IMG/VR virus record: IMGVR_UViG_3300044815_000174
Span: 1-51,868 of that record
Direction: 5' to 3' (one strand)
Length of the DNA stretch: 51,868 nt
Origin: a virus
Taxonomy: Duplodnaviria; Caudoviricetes
Part shown: positions 43,074 through 51,868 of the stretch, piece after piece
Position numbering within the stretch: position 1 is the first letter of the stretch
Layout: each line of letters starts with the position of its first letter
Made by a program: the position numbers and the translations under genes
Notes under the pieces: model-generated
What the model was told of the DNA's origin: nothing
The model's input: only the letters and a program-made list of their open reading frames with translations
Databases searched by the model: none

Positions 43074-43136
43074 GAAATTTCCGACGTTGCGCCCGACGTT
43101 GCGCTCCCAAACGCGGCTCCCAACCACTGCATAATG
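43074..43136 (+). promoter_or_regulatory. Late promoter 2 (head-tail operon)
   Basis: ATTT, (CCGACGTTGCGC)x2 at 43081-43104, 25 bp, CATAAT at 43130; same geometry as late promoter 1. Confidence 0.82.
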
Positions 43137-43197
43137 CAATCTACCGAACGCGGCCATTGATAGCGCGTTCAAACTCGAACCAACGGATTGCAAACTA

Positions 43198-44643
43198 TTG
43201 TCCACCCCGTTTCCATCTTCTAACCAACCCGCCCGCCCGACGTACTCTCCCGATAAGGAGTACGTCGCGGCGAGCGGCTTCTTCTCGACGAAAGTCGGGA
43301 CGGCGCTCGCCTCGCTCTTTAGCGACGATGCGGAACTTGCGCTGGGGATCGGGGGATACGAACGTCTCCTGACTGACCCCGAAATCCACAAGGACATTAC
43401 CTTGCTCGTTGATGCGATCCTCGGCGACGGCGTGCAACTCTTCCCAAATTTCACGGATGAAAAGAGCGATGCGCCGAAAGCGAAACTCGCGGCGGAACTC
43501 TCCGACTTTTGCCACCTCAATCTGTTCGAGACTCCGCAACGTCCTTTGCGCGAAACACTGAATGAGGCGGTGAAGTTCGCGCTCGTCACGGGGCACAAAG
43601 TGGTCGAGCAGACATACCGCGACTATACGGACGAGACGGGTCGCCCGCGCCTCGTCCTGGATAAGCTCAAATGCAAGCCGCGCTACACCGCACAGTTTGT
43701 TGTTGATTCGTTTCTGAACATCCTTGGCCTTGAGGTCTGGACGGGCGCCAACCGTCAACTCGTGCCGCGCGAGAAATTCTTCATTCCGACGTTTGATCGT
43801 AAAGATGAAGACCCGCGCGGGACCGCGCCCGCCATGCGCGCCATCTACAACTGGTGGCTTGCCAAGCGCACCGGCCTCCCCATCTTCGTCAAGCGCATCG
43901 AGAAAAAGGCCGTCCCCTCAATGGCCGGATTCACGGCTCCTGATGAGGGCAATACGGACGTGACCGATTCGCAAGGTAACGCGGTCAATCAAACACCGCA
44001 GGAGGCAATGGCCAACACCCTGTCCGACCTCGACAGCATGACGGCGGCAGCGTTCGCCTACGGAGCCAAGGTTGAGGTTTTAGATGCCGCCGGAAATGGC
44101 GACGAGTTCAAGTCCTTCTTTGAAATCTGCGACCGACAGATCACGCGCGCCATCCTCTTGCAGGATCTCGCGACCAATGAAGGACAGCACGGGACGCGCG
44201 CCCAGAGCGTGACCCACATGGATATTTTGTCGCTCCGCATCTGGAATCTCAAAAACACCGTTGCCGACTGTCTTCGCAACGACGTGTGTAAGCAGGTTGT
44301 CGGAATCAATTACGGCCCCGATAAGGTTTCACTGACCCCTGCCGTGAGCATGGGCGACACAGATCGCCGAGACTGGGCGACGGATGCGGCGGCGGCTGCT
44401 CTGCTCGGGCCTTACGTGCCCGACTCGATCTTTGCGGCAATGTGCCAGCAGTTGGGATTGCCGATGCCCGACGAAGGCGAGGAATGGCCCACACGCGCGA
44501 AGTCAAACAGCAACTCAGTTAATGGTCAGCCAGGAGAAGGCACTGTGACTTCTCTGGCTGAAGCAATGGCGCTTCACCGGAATCTGGCGTCTGCGCTACG
44601 CGCTGCCAGAAGCTTGCGGGCATCGTTCAAGGAGGCTGCATGA
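43198..44643 (+). CDS. Portal protein (DUF935 / Mu gp29-like)
   Basis: GHKVVEQ, VPREKF, DPRG...RAIYNWW.AK and CDRQITRAILLQDLAT..G.HGTRA..TH motifs. Confidence 0.88.
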   Translation: MSTPFPSSNQPARPTYSPDKEYVAASGFFSTKVGTALASLFSDDAELALGIGGYERLLTDPEIHKDITLLVDAILGDGVQLFPNFTDEKSDAPKAKLAAELSDFCHLNLFETPQRPLRETLNEAVKFALVTGHKVVEQTYRDYTDETGRPRLVLDKLKCKPRYTAQFVVDSFLNILGLEVWTGANRQLVPREKFFIPTFDRKDEDPRGTAPAMRAIYNWWLAKRTGLPIFVKRIEKKAVPSMAGFTAPDEGNTDVTDSQGNAVNQTPQEAMANTLSDLDSMTAAAFAYGAKVEVLDAAGNGDEFKSFFEICDRQITRAILLQDLATNEGQHGTRAQSVTHMDILSLRIWNLKNTVADCLRNDVCKQVVGINYGPDKVSLTPAVSMGDTDRRDWATDAAAAALLGPYVPDSIFAAMCQQLGLPMPDEGEEWPTRAKSNSNSVNGQPGEGTVTSLAEAMALHRNLASALRAARSLRASFKEAA

Positions 44644-46118
44644 GCGCGAGCTTTGACAAAGAGCGTTGTGAGAAGCGTAACCGGCAGGCGGCACTTCGCT
44701 TCGGCATTGAGACGGCGCACATCAATTTTCTAAACGCGGCGAATGAGAACGCTCCGATAGAGTTCAGGAATTATGGCGGGACTTTGCCGGAAACAGTTGA
44801 TGAGGCCTTGAAGCTTATCAACTCCCTGCTTCCCGAAAATGCAGAGCCGCTGGCAGCAACGGACGTGTACATCCACTACGTCGAAGCCGCCAACAACGAT
44901 TTGATTCGCGACCGCTTCTGTTTTCTGAGCCGGAACACCCTGCGTCTGGTGGCGCGCGACGCAGCAGCGGGCGCGGCCTTTATGAACACGCACCGCACGG
45001 GCGGAATGTCCACCGACGCGGAGTTTCCTTTTGGTAAGACTTTTGCGGGGCTGTATCAGGAAGGCCGCGATGCACAGGGCAATTTGGTCCAGCGCGCGCA
45101 CCTCGGTCTGTACATGCTGCGCAACATCAAGCCAAACGGAGACAACGGGCCATCCACCGATGATCTCGATAAGAAGATTCGCGGCGGCACGCTCTTCGAT
45201 GTCAGCGTGGGCTTGAAAGAAGGAACGCGTATTTGCGACGTGTGCGAGAAGGATTTGACTGAGTCCGATTGCCCGCACGTTCCAGGTACGCACTACGCAA
45301 TGGATGACGCCGAGATTGCTGCACAACTGGCGCTCGGCGTTCCTGAAGGCCGCGCCACTTACACTTATGAAAATGGGCGGTTGAGCGAAATTTCCGGCGT
45401 TTTCGACGGGGCGGTGCGCGGCGCGGGATTTCGGAAAGCCATGTCACTCGCCACGAAGCTCAAAGGCGAAAATCTGAAACAGGCGCGCGATGTTTACTCC
45501 GGCCTGCTGTCGAAGAAAGACGAGGAATTGATGAACGAAACGATCCTTGAGCGCGTCGCCGAATTTCTGACCGAAAGGTTTCCCAGCGTGTTCGGTGACA
45601 AGAGCACGTCAACTAACCCGCCCGCGCCTGAAGCAGGCACAAAACCAGATGCGACGCCTGTCCGCACTGAGGAGAATTCCGAGATGTCTACAAACAATTT
45701 TGATGTCGAGAAACTGCGGCGCGATTCGGAAGAGTTGGCTGCACTCAAAACGCAGCAGCGGAAGCAGGCGTCAAAGGACTTTGCGACCGAGCAGGTGGCA
45801 AAGAATAGAACGCTCTTGCCCTTCGGCCACGACAAGCTGCAATCGCTGCATGAACAGCTTTCAATTGACGATTCTCTGAATCCGCTGTCGCAGGGTTCGC
45901 GAGTTGAGGAGTTGAAAGCTCTCTTTGCTGCGATTCCAGGACACAACCTGACCAGTGAGCGGGCCGCTGGCAAATTGCCTGAGGGCTCCACTGTGCTCAA
46001 TAACGACCCGCCAAACGCAGAGGAAACGGAAATCAAGCGTAGCGAAGATTCCGCGCGCAAGTTCGCCGAGCAGCGCAACGCGACCGGCCCTCGTGCCGCC
46101 GCTCCATCCAACAAATAA
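44640..46118 (+). CDS. Prohead protease / scaffold protein
   Basis: FMNTH, DVSVG, CDVC...CPH and EISGVFDGA motifs; charged scaffold-like C-terminus. Confidence 0.78.
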   Translation: MSASFDKERCEKRNRQAALRFGIETAHINFLNAANENAPIEFRNYGGTLPETVDEALKLINSLLPENAEPLAATDVYIHYVEAANNDLIRDRFCFLSRNTLRLVARDAAAGAAFMNTHRTGGMSTDAEFPFGKTFAGLYQEGRDAQGNLVQRAHLGLYMLRNIKPNGDNGPSTDDLDKKIRGGTLFDVSVGLKEGTRICDVCEKDLTESDCPHVPGTHYAMDDAEIAAQLALGVPEGRATYTYENGRLSEISGVFDGAVRGAGFRKAMSLATKLKGENLKQARDVYSGLLSKKDEELMNETILERVAEFLTERFPSVFGDKSTSTNPPAPEAGTKPDATPVRTEENSEMSTNNFDVEKLRRDSEELAALKTQQRKQASKDFATEQVAKNRTLLPFGHDKLQSLHEQLSIDDSLNPLSQGSRVEELKALFAAIPGHNLTSERAAGKLPEGSTVLNNDPPNAEETEIKRSEDSARKFAEQRNATGPRAAAPSNK

Positions 46119-46166
46119 CTCGCTAACCCGCCGTTTTTAGGTGGCTGTCAGTAGCAGGAGGCACAC

Positions 46167-46961
46167 ATGAGTACTTACGGACGAAGAGTTCTCGCCACAT
46201 CGGGGCGCGCAGTCAGAGCTGCGGCGAGCATGCACGCGCACTGGAAAACCGGCGGCGTTACGCTGGCCTGGGCCATCATCGCCGCCGCCCTCGCGGATTA
46301 CAAGCTCGCCGACGGCACGCCCGTCAAACTGGGACAAAAGGCTTTGCGCTTCGGTCAAATCCTTTGCCTCATCACACAGCATGAGGTCGAAACACTAACG
46401 GTCAATGGCGCGCCCACCGGGGGCACATTCTCGATCAACTACGTTGACGAGGAAGCCGTGTCTCACGAGACGGCGGCCATCGCTTACAACGCTTCCGCAG
46501 CCGCGCTCGAAGCCGCGCTCGAAGCCGTTGGGGCCGGGGTCTCGGTCACGAAGGCTTCCAACGTCTTCACCGTTACCTTCGACGACCCGCGCAATATAGC
46601 TTCGCTGGCCCTTCAGGACAACAACCTGACCGGCGGCACGTCACCCACAGTCGCCGTCGCTACGACCACGCAGGGGACATCCGACCTCGGCAAGTATGGT
46701 CCTTACGATCCGGCGGCCAGCGACGGGCGACAGACGCTCACCCGCGGCGAATGTTTCATCCTAAATGAAACCGTTTTGGAGACTGGTCTCGCGGGCACCA
46801 TTGACCCCGGCGTCACTGATCATCCGGCGGTCTTCGATGGTGGCCCGACCTGGAAAGCGCGCGTGCTGATGACAACGGGCACACACTCGCTCGCCGCCGG
46901 CCCCACGGTCGGGGAATTTGAAGCCGCCTTCCCCCGCGTTGAATACGTGCAGAACAAATAA
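46167..46961 (+). CDS. Head decoration protein with an inserted domain
   Basis: GQILC...GKYGPYDPAASDGRQT motif; immediately upstream of the major capsid gene. Confidence 0.78.
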   Translation: MSTYGRRVLATSGRAVRAAASMHAHWKTGGVTLAWAIIAAALADYKLADGTPVKLGQKALRFGQILCLITQHEVETLTVNGAPTGGTFSINYVDEEAVSHETAAIAYNASAAALEAALEAVGAGVSVTKASNVFTVTFDDPRNIASLALQDNNLTGGTSPTVAVATTTQGTSDLGKYGPYDPAASDGRQTLTRGECFILNETVLETGLAGTIDPGVTDHPAVFDGGPTWKARVLMTTGTHSLAAGPTVGEFEAAFPRVEYVQNK

Positions 46962-47003
46962 AAGCGCGGCTCGAAAACCCGCTCGCATAAGGAGACTCTT
47001 ATT

Positions 47004-48152
47004 ATGGAACCGCTTCAAATTCTTAACGCCACGCGCATCACTCGCAAGATTCAGGCTTTGCAGGATATTCGCACTATCTCGCCGCAGTTAACGATGCTGA
47101 GCCGCACGCCCATCGTGTCCGCCGATGAAAACGAGTTGATGGTCTCATTTATTGGCAATCCCATCATGGCCGATCTCGTCGCTGACGATCAGAAGGCGGC
47201 TATCTATTCCGTCGGCAAGTTCCGCACGGAAACAAACGGCGCGCCCAACATCAAGCTCGGACAGATGTTGACCCAGGGACAAATCAAGCAATTGCGGGCG
47301 ATGGGCCAGAGTCCGGCGCGTTTTACCGCCTACGACAACACCGAAAACACGATCCTCGACCAGTTGCTGGGCGGCGTGCGGATGCGGATGGAGAGCATCT
47401 GCTGGGCGCGCGCGATGGACGGTTTCAGCTATCGCAAGCTCGGCATCATCATGGACAACGTGTCATGGGGAATGCCGAGCGACCTCAAAGTGACGCTCGA
47501 AGTTCCCATCACAGACCATGTGAACTGCAAGATCGTTACCTATATCAGCAACCTCCGGCGCCTCGCGCAGATCCGGTACGGCATCGTTTACGACCGCATC
47601 TCAATGTCGCTCGCCGCATTCAACGAGATGACCGCGTGCGAAGAGTTTCAGACCAAAGCGCGCACGTTCCTGGCGCCGAACGTCTCGTACATCAATCTGA
47701 ATATTGAGAACACAGAAGAAATGGTCGCGCTCGCACGCCGTGTCCTCGGTTTCGCAGAGATTGAGTTGCAGGACTGGCGCGCCTGGACCGAAGACGAACA
47801 CGGTGACTTGACGTCTGACCCCTTCTTGCCAATCAACAAATTTGTCTTCTCTGCGCGCATGAATGACAACAACGCGATGGTCGCTGATTTCTCGAACGGC
47901 GTGCCCACCGAAGTTGATGTCTCGAACGCTGGCATTCAGAACGGCATCATCGGCGCGCTTCCGGAAGATACTTACGGACCCGTCGCCTATGCCGAAGGCG
48001 GCTTGAATCCTCCGCAGCTCACCTACTGGGGTGTAGCGCGCGGCTGGGCCCGCAAGCACCTGAAGCAGGAAACCGCGGTGATGACCGTCGCCCCGACGCA
48101 TGGTGACGACGCCATCGAGGAGACTGTGCCGCTGGCCGAGCCGGAGTTCTAA
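47004..48152 (+). CDS. Major capsid protein (lambda gpE-like, HK97 fold)
   Basis: 382 aa; position after the decoration gene; PNIKLG and RMESICWARAMDG. Confidence 0.85.
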   Translation: MEPLQILNATRITRKIQALQDIRTISPQLTMLSRTPIVSADENELMVSFIGNPIMADLVADDQKAAIYSVGKFRTETNGAPNIKLGQMLTQGQIKQLRAMGQSPARFTAYDNTENTILDQLLGGVRMRMESICWARAMDGFSYRKLGIIMDNVSWGMPSDLKVTLEVPITDHVNCKIVTYISNLRRLAQIRYGIVYDRISMSLAAFNEMTACEEFQTKARTFLAPNVSYINLNIENTEEMVALARRVLGFAEIELQDWRAWTEDEHGDLTSDPFLPINKFVFSARMNDNNAMVADFSNGVPTEVDVSNAGIQNGIIGALPEDTYGPVAYAEGGLNPPQLTYWGVARGWARKHLKQETAVMTVAPTHGDDAIEETVPLAEPEF

Positions 48153-48227
48153 GAACGCGTAAGGTTCTAACGCAAAAGGGGCGCGTCGAGAGACCGCGCG
48201 CCCCATAACATTTGAGGAGGAGAAAGC

Positions 48228-48734
48228 ATGTCGGCAAAAGAAAGACGGGTGCATCTGGAACAGGCCATCGCAGAGGGAGGCATGATTATGACGGCGCGCG
48301 GCAAGCTGACGCGCGAGGTGCCGAGCAGCTCTACGCTCGCGCGCACGCCGGAGGAAAGACGTGCGGCGAAGGAAGATTTGGAGCGGCGCGCATTGGCGCT
48401 GCAACAGGAAGCGCGGCGGATGGAAGACGACGAGGACGATGTCTTTGTTGATCGCTGGTCCGGCGAGCGCGTGCAGCAGCGGGAAGGCACGTTTGGTGAG
48501 CGTGCCCTGCAAGACGAGGGTGGTGAGCGTACCTTCCGCAATGAAGGCGAAGGCAATCTGTCGCCGCTTGGCGACAGCAGCCAGGGGGGCGCGCAACAGG
48601 GTGGCTCTGGCGATGCCGAGCTCTCGACACTGCCCTACGCTGAGTTGAGAAAGCGCGCCAAAGAAGCAGGCGTCGCCAACTATCACTCGATGAAAACGGA
48701 TGAATTGATCGCCGCCATTCAAGAGAAGCTGTGA
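48228..48734 (+). CDS. Acidic protein with a C-terminal Rho-N/HeH-like motif
   Basis: LSTLPYAELRKRAKEAGVANYHSMKTDELIAAI. Confidence 0.75.
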   Translation: MSAKERRVHLEQAIAEGGMIMTARGKLTREVPSSSTLARTPEERRAAKEDLERRALALQQEARRMEDDEDDVFVDRWSGERVQQREGTFGERALQDEGGERTFRNEGEGNLSPLGDSSQGGAQQGGSGDAELSTLPYAELRKRAKEAGVANYHSMKTDELIAAIQEKL

Positions 48735-49057
48735 ACCGTGCGGACGCTAAAACCTGGCTCGCGCGTGAGACTGCTGCCTCTTGCGCGCCCGTCATCACAG
48801 ACCCAGAGCTTGATTCGCTACTCAGCCAAGTGGCGGTTGTCAAAAACAATGCGGAGTATTTCGACAAACGGGCGGTTTATGTGGCGGCCGAACTTGGGTG
48901 GGGATGGAAGGCTTCTGCGTCAGCAGAGTATTACGGCGCGGAGAGCGACATCCATCGCCACGCCGTTGAGCGGCAGAAGTTTTATTCGACCAGGGTAGCA
49001 TCGGGAGGCGCGGTTGCGCGTATCGCCGATACGGATGCCGTGAGGAGTTTGCTTTGA
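48731..49057 (+). CDS. Head-tail adaptor
   Basis: Position, size, and AAELGWGWKA. Confidence 0.65.
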   Translation: MNRADAKTWLARETAASCAPVITDPELDSLLSQVAVVKNNAEYFDKRAVYVAAELGWGWKASASAEYYGAESDIHRHAVERQKFYSTRVASGGAVARIADTDAVRSLL

Positions 49058-49452
49058 GTTGCGCTTCGGGGATCGTGGAGGCTCGCGCGAATAAACTAGC
49101 GAGAGAGCGCGCGCGAATGCTAACCAGGCTCCTTGACCGGGCGACGATCACTCGACCAGGTTCGCCTGCCGGAGACGGCTCCGGTGGGTATACAGAAGCT
49201 GGACCAGAAACGGTGGCGACAGATGTACCCTGTTCCTATAAGTCAACATCGGGGAAAGAGGTCAACATTGCTGACTCAATAAGAGCGCTTGGGCAATACG
49301 TCATCACCTTCCCTTTCGACACCAACGTCAGCGAGGAGGATACGGTCACAGTAGCAGCCAGAGATTCAAAACAGGAAAAGGTTTTCGCAGTCTCGGCCGT
49401 CCTCCAAAGCAGTGATGAAATCAGCCTTCAGGTCTTGGCGACCACGAGTTAA
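49054..49452 (+). CDS. Head closure (stopper) protein
   Basis: DRATITRP...DGSGG...VATDVPC...PFDTNV...DTV. Confidence 0.75.
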   Translation: MSCASGIVEARANKLARERARMLTRLLDRATITRPGSPAGDGSGGYTEAGPETVATDVPCSYKSTSGKEVNIADSIRALGQYVITFPFDTNVSEEDTVTVAARDSKQEKVFAVSAVLQSSDEISLQVLATTS

Positions 49453-49458
49453 GGCAAG

Positions 49459-49806
49459 ATGCCTGATCAAGTAATTCTGATAAGCAACACCGAAAACGTC
49501 AGGATAGCCGTCCACAATGCGGCTGCCAGCCTTATTAACCACGTCGCACATGCGACGAAGGATGAGGCGATTGAGAACGCGCCGGAGGCTACCGGCAATC
49601 TGAAAAGCTTGATTGAAGTAACTAAAGAGGCAACGCCGGAAAAGCCTGATGTTCGACTGGAATCGGGAGCCGCTTACTCGGAAGAAGTTAACTTCGGGCA
49701 TCACACCGTGAGCGGAAGTTTTGTTCCTGCAAACCCGTTCTTTACCAAGGCAATCGAGAGTGCGTCGCAAAAGGCCGGCGAAGTGATTCAGGAGCTTGGC
49801 TTGTGA
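49459..49806 (+). CDS. Neck / tail-completion protein (HK97 gp10-like)
   Basis: AIENAPEATGNLKSLI...YSEEVNFGH...ANPFFTKA. Confidence 0.82.
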   Translation: MPDQVILISNTENVRIAVHNAAASLINHVAHATKDEAIENAPEATGNLKSLIEVTKEATPEKPDVRLESGAAYSEEVNFGHHTVSGSFVPANPFFTKAIESASQKAGEVIQELGL

Positions 49807-50258
49807 ACAACCTCCTCGACTTAGTGGCAATGTCAATGTTCTTTCCCAAGCGCTTGAGTGAAGGCGCGGCTATTGTGGCGTTGATAGCAGACCGCGTATA
49901 TGAAGAAAATATTCCACCCAGTACTAAAACCTTCGACCCATACCCCTGCATCCTGTTCAGTTATCAGGGCGGCGGAGACACGCTAACACTGAATGCCCGG
50001 CGCGTCATGTCAAGACCTCTCTACCTAGTACAACTGGTGATGAAAAGCAGTGCCCTGAGTGCCACAGAAAAAATCGCGCTCAAGGAAATGGACGATCTTT
50101 TACAGGGCAGCAGAAATTATCTTCATGAAGACATTCCAGGGTTTTATTTCAATGCGTGGAGAGAGCGCCCGAATCCGCGTTCAAGCGTTGATACCAACGT
50201 CGGAACATTCAAATACCGAGGCGGGTTATATCGGTTGGAAGTGATACCTACAGCATAA
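49803..50258 (+). CDS. Tail terminator
   Basis: LIADRVYE..P...YPCILF; immediately before the tail tube gene. Confidence 0.75.
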   Translation: MNNLLDLVAMSMFFPKRLSEGAAIVALIADRVYEENIPPSTKTFDPYPCILFSYQGGGDTLTLNARRVMSRPLYLVQLVMKSSALSATEKIALKEMDDLLQGSRNYLHEDIPGFYFNAWRERPNPRSSVDTNVGTFKYRGGLYRLEVIPTA

Positions 50259-50274
50259 GAGGAGTTGAGACAAA

Positions 50275-51573
50275 ATGGCTGCTAACGCGAAAGTTAATCA
50301 AGTTGCTTTGGTCGGTGTGCAGGCTGCGGCGGACACGCCCGTCACACCGGATAAAAAGTTTTCCGGCATCAATATAGATTTTGAAGAGATGCTGGAAACC
50401 AACTTTTATCGCCCGGCAGGCTCGAAGGTCAATAAGACGGGCGTGCTCAATGGTGTCTCCTCGAAAGGAACATTCAACGGCGCTCATTCCTACATCGAAA
50501 GCCTCTACTTTTTTGAATCCTATGTCGGTTCTTCTGGACCGGACACCCTCGCGGGCGGTGGCAAGAAATGGCGTTATAAGCCCACCATTGGCGACGTTGA
50601 CCCGTACCGACTCTTCACGATTCAGAAAGGCTCGATCCAGCGCGGGCGCGAAGTCAATGATGTACTCTTCAATTCGATTCAGATCGCGCTTTCACGTCAG
50701 GGCGCCACTATCAGCGGCAACATCATCGGCAAAAAGGTGTCGCCAGGAGCCACGATGAATCTGGACCGCAATGAGGTTCAGGAAATCGCAAAGACGGGCA
50801 CGCCGACGGCGGGCACGTTTACGCTCACATACGCAGGTCAAACCACCACCCCCATCCCGTATAACGCGACCGCCGCCGCAATTAAGAGTGCGCTCGAAGC
50901 TCTTTCCAACATCGCCGTGGGCGACATTTCCGTGAGCGGAGGGCCGCTGCCAACGACCGCCGTCAGAGTCGCCTTCAAGGGCAGCTTGACTGCCCTTAAT
51001 GTCGTAGCGATGACCGTGACCCCAACCATCACGGGCGGTAGTTTTGCCGTGAATCCAATCACGCAAGGAAATGCAGGTGCCAGCGATCTTGATTCGGTGC
51101 CCATCTCCGGCAGCCAGCTCAACGTCTATCTCGATGATGCTTTCGCTGACCTCGGCAACACCCAGCTTCTGGACAACTTCTCGGTTCAAATCAACTTACC
51201 GGAAAAGTACAAAACTAAGCGCGTGATGAATCGCTCGCTTGAGTCGTGGAAAGAGCCGGTCGAGCAGGAGATGGAACCAACCCTCGTCATTACGATGGAA
51301 GCCAACGGTTACAGCGATGCGCTCTATGCGACCGCCAAGTCAGAGGGTTTGCCGACACAGTATCTGCGCGTGGACGCGCTGGGCATCGTAATCCCCGGCG
51401 CAACGGATCATTTCGAATGGGTTTTCGACGTGCCTTTGAAGTTGCAAGGCGCGACCGAGAACGGTGATTCGGATGGCGTTGACTCCTACACCTTCACCTT
51501 TCAAATCGTCGAAGACGATGACATGGGGTCGTTCTTCGATACTTACTTCGTAAACGATCTGCCGAGCCTGTAA
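50275..51573 (+). CDS. Major tail tube protein with an inserted domain
   Basis: Position before the chaperone and tape measure genes; AGAGGAG ribosome-binding site; beta-rich. Confidence 0.85.
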   Translation: MAANAKVNQVALVGVQAAADTPVTPDKKFSGINIDFEEMLETNFYRPAGSKVNKTGVLNGVSSKGTFNGAHSYIESLYFFESYVGSSGPDTLAGGGKKWRYKPTIGDVDPYRLFTIQKGSIQRGREVNDVLFNSIQIALSRQGATISGNIIGKKVSPGATMNLDRNEVQEIAKTGTPTAGTFTLTYAGQTTTPIPYNATAAAIKSALEALSNIAVGDISVSGGPLPTTAVRVAFKGSLTALNVVAMTVTPTITGGSFAVNPITQGNAGASDLDSVPISGSQLNVYLDDAFADLGNTQLLDNFSVQINLPEKYKTKRVMNRSLESWKEPVEQEMEPTLVITMEANGYSDALYATAKSEGLPTQYLRVDALGIVIPGATDHFEWVFDVPLKLQGATENGDSDGVDSYTFTFQIVEDDDMGSFFDTYFVNDLPSL

Positions 51574-51579
51574 ATCAAC

Positions 51580-51868
51580 ATGGAACTTTCAAGACTCATC
51601 CGCGCACCGGAGTTTCTGGACAACCTCGTCGTCGAGCCTTTCAAGCTGGGCGAAGAAAGCGTGGATATCACCGTCAACATTGATGCCTTCACTTCCGAGT
51701 TTTGGCGTCGCGCTTCCGCGCAGATGAAGAAGCGCTATCTGGAAAGCGTTAAATCCGGCGCGAGATCCCAGATGGCCACTGGTGCGCGGAAGCCACGCCG
51801 CAAGAAAGCGGCAGCCGAACTCAAAGAAGCTCTGAACGAATTACCCCAACCTTTTGAGATGCAGGCTC
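51580..51868 (+). CDS. Tail assembly chaperone, 5' part (continues at position 128 after circularisation)
   Basis: ATG 51580 is in frame with 1..444 across the terminal overlap. Confidence 0.85.
   Translation, partial: MELSRLIRAPEFLDNLVVEPFKLGEESVDITVNIDAFTSEFWRRASAQMKKRYLESVKSGARSQMATGARKPRRKKAAAELKEALNELPQPFEMQA
51742..51868. repeat. Terminal direct repeat, copy 2
   Basis: Identical to bases 1-127. Confidence 0.97.

Noticed and set aside
47601-48722. Long antisense ORFs (for example 47601-48722, 41324-42229, 300-1013)
   Set aside because: They lie opposite well-supported structural genes and are expected shadows in GC-rich DNA.
51742-51868. 127-bp terminal repeat as a biological packaging repeat
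   Set aside because: The length equals a common assembler k-mer and it falls mid-gene, so it only indicates circularity.

Overview
This window is an apparently complete circular temperate siphophage genome of 51,741 bp. Bases 51742-51868 repeat bases 1-127, which looks like an assembler overlap. No integrase is visible, and two different replication initiators each carry iterons inside their own gene, so this is probably a phage-plasmid. The host is uncertain; recognition of the Rep C-terminal and TPR families suggests Acidobacteriota (Blastocatellia-like), which is inference only. Gene order: GTA-like tail module and tailspike (1-11485); plasmid-type replicon of an ExeA-like ATPase plus HTH Rep (12046-13838); about 1 kb non-coding region with repeats; ShosTA-like defence pair; leftward early operon with a complete PRTRC ubiquitin-like conjugation cassette; immunity region with an RHH repressor, a stand-alone S24 peptidase and duplicated promoters; rightward early operon; lytic Rep; lysis; head and tail genes. 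The most striking items are not in the ORF track. (1) A 59-aa secreted propeptide with two GDIEDAGF repeats lies head-to-head with a TPR receptor-like gene next to a cII-like gene, a candidate arbitrium/Rap-Phr-like communication system. (2) A candidate structured ncRNA of about 815 nt. (3) Nine dispersed palindromic sites. (4) Twin late promoters with a candidate tandem zinc-finger activator. All calls were made by eye, without database searches.
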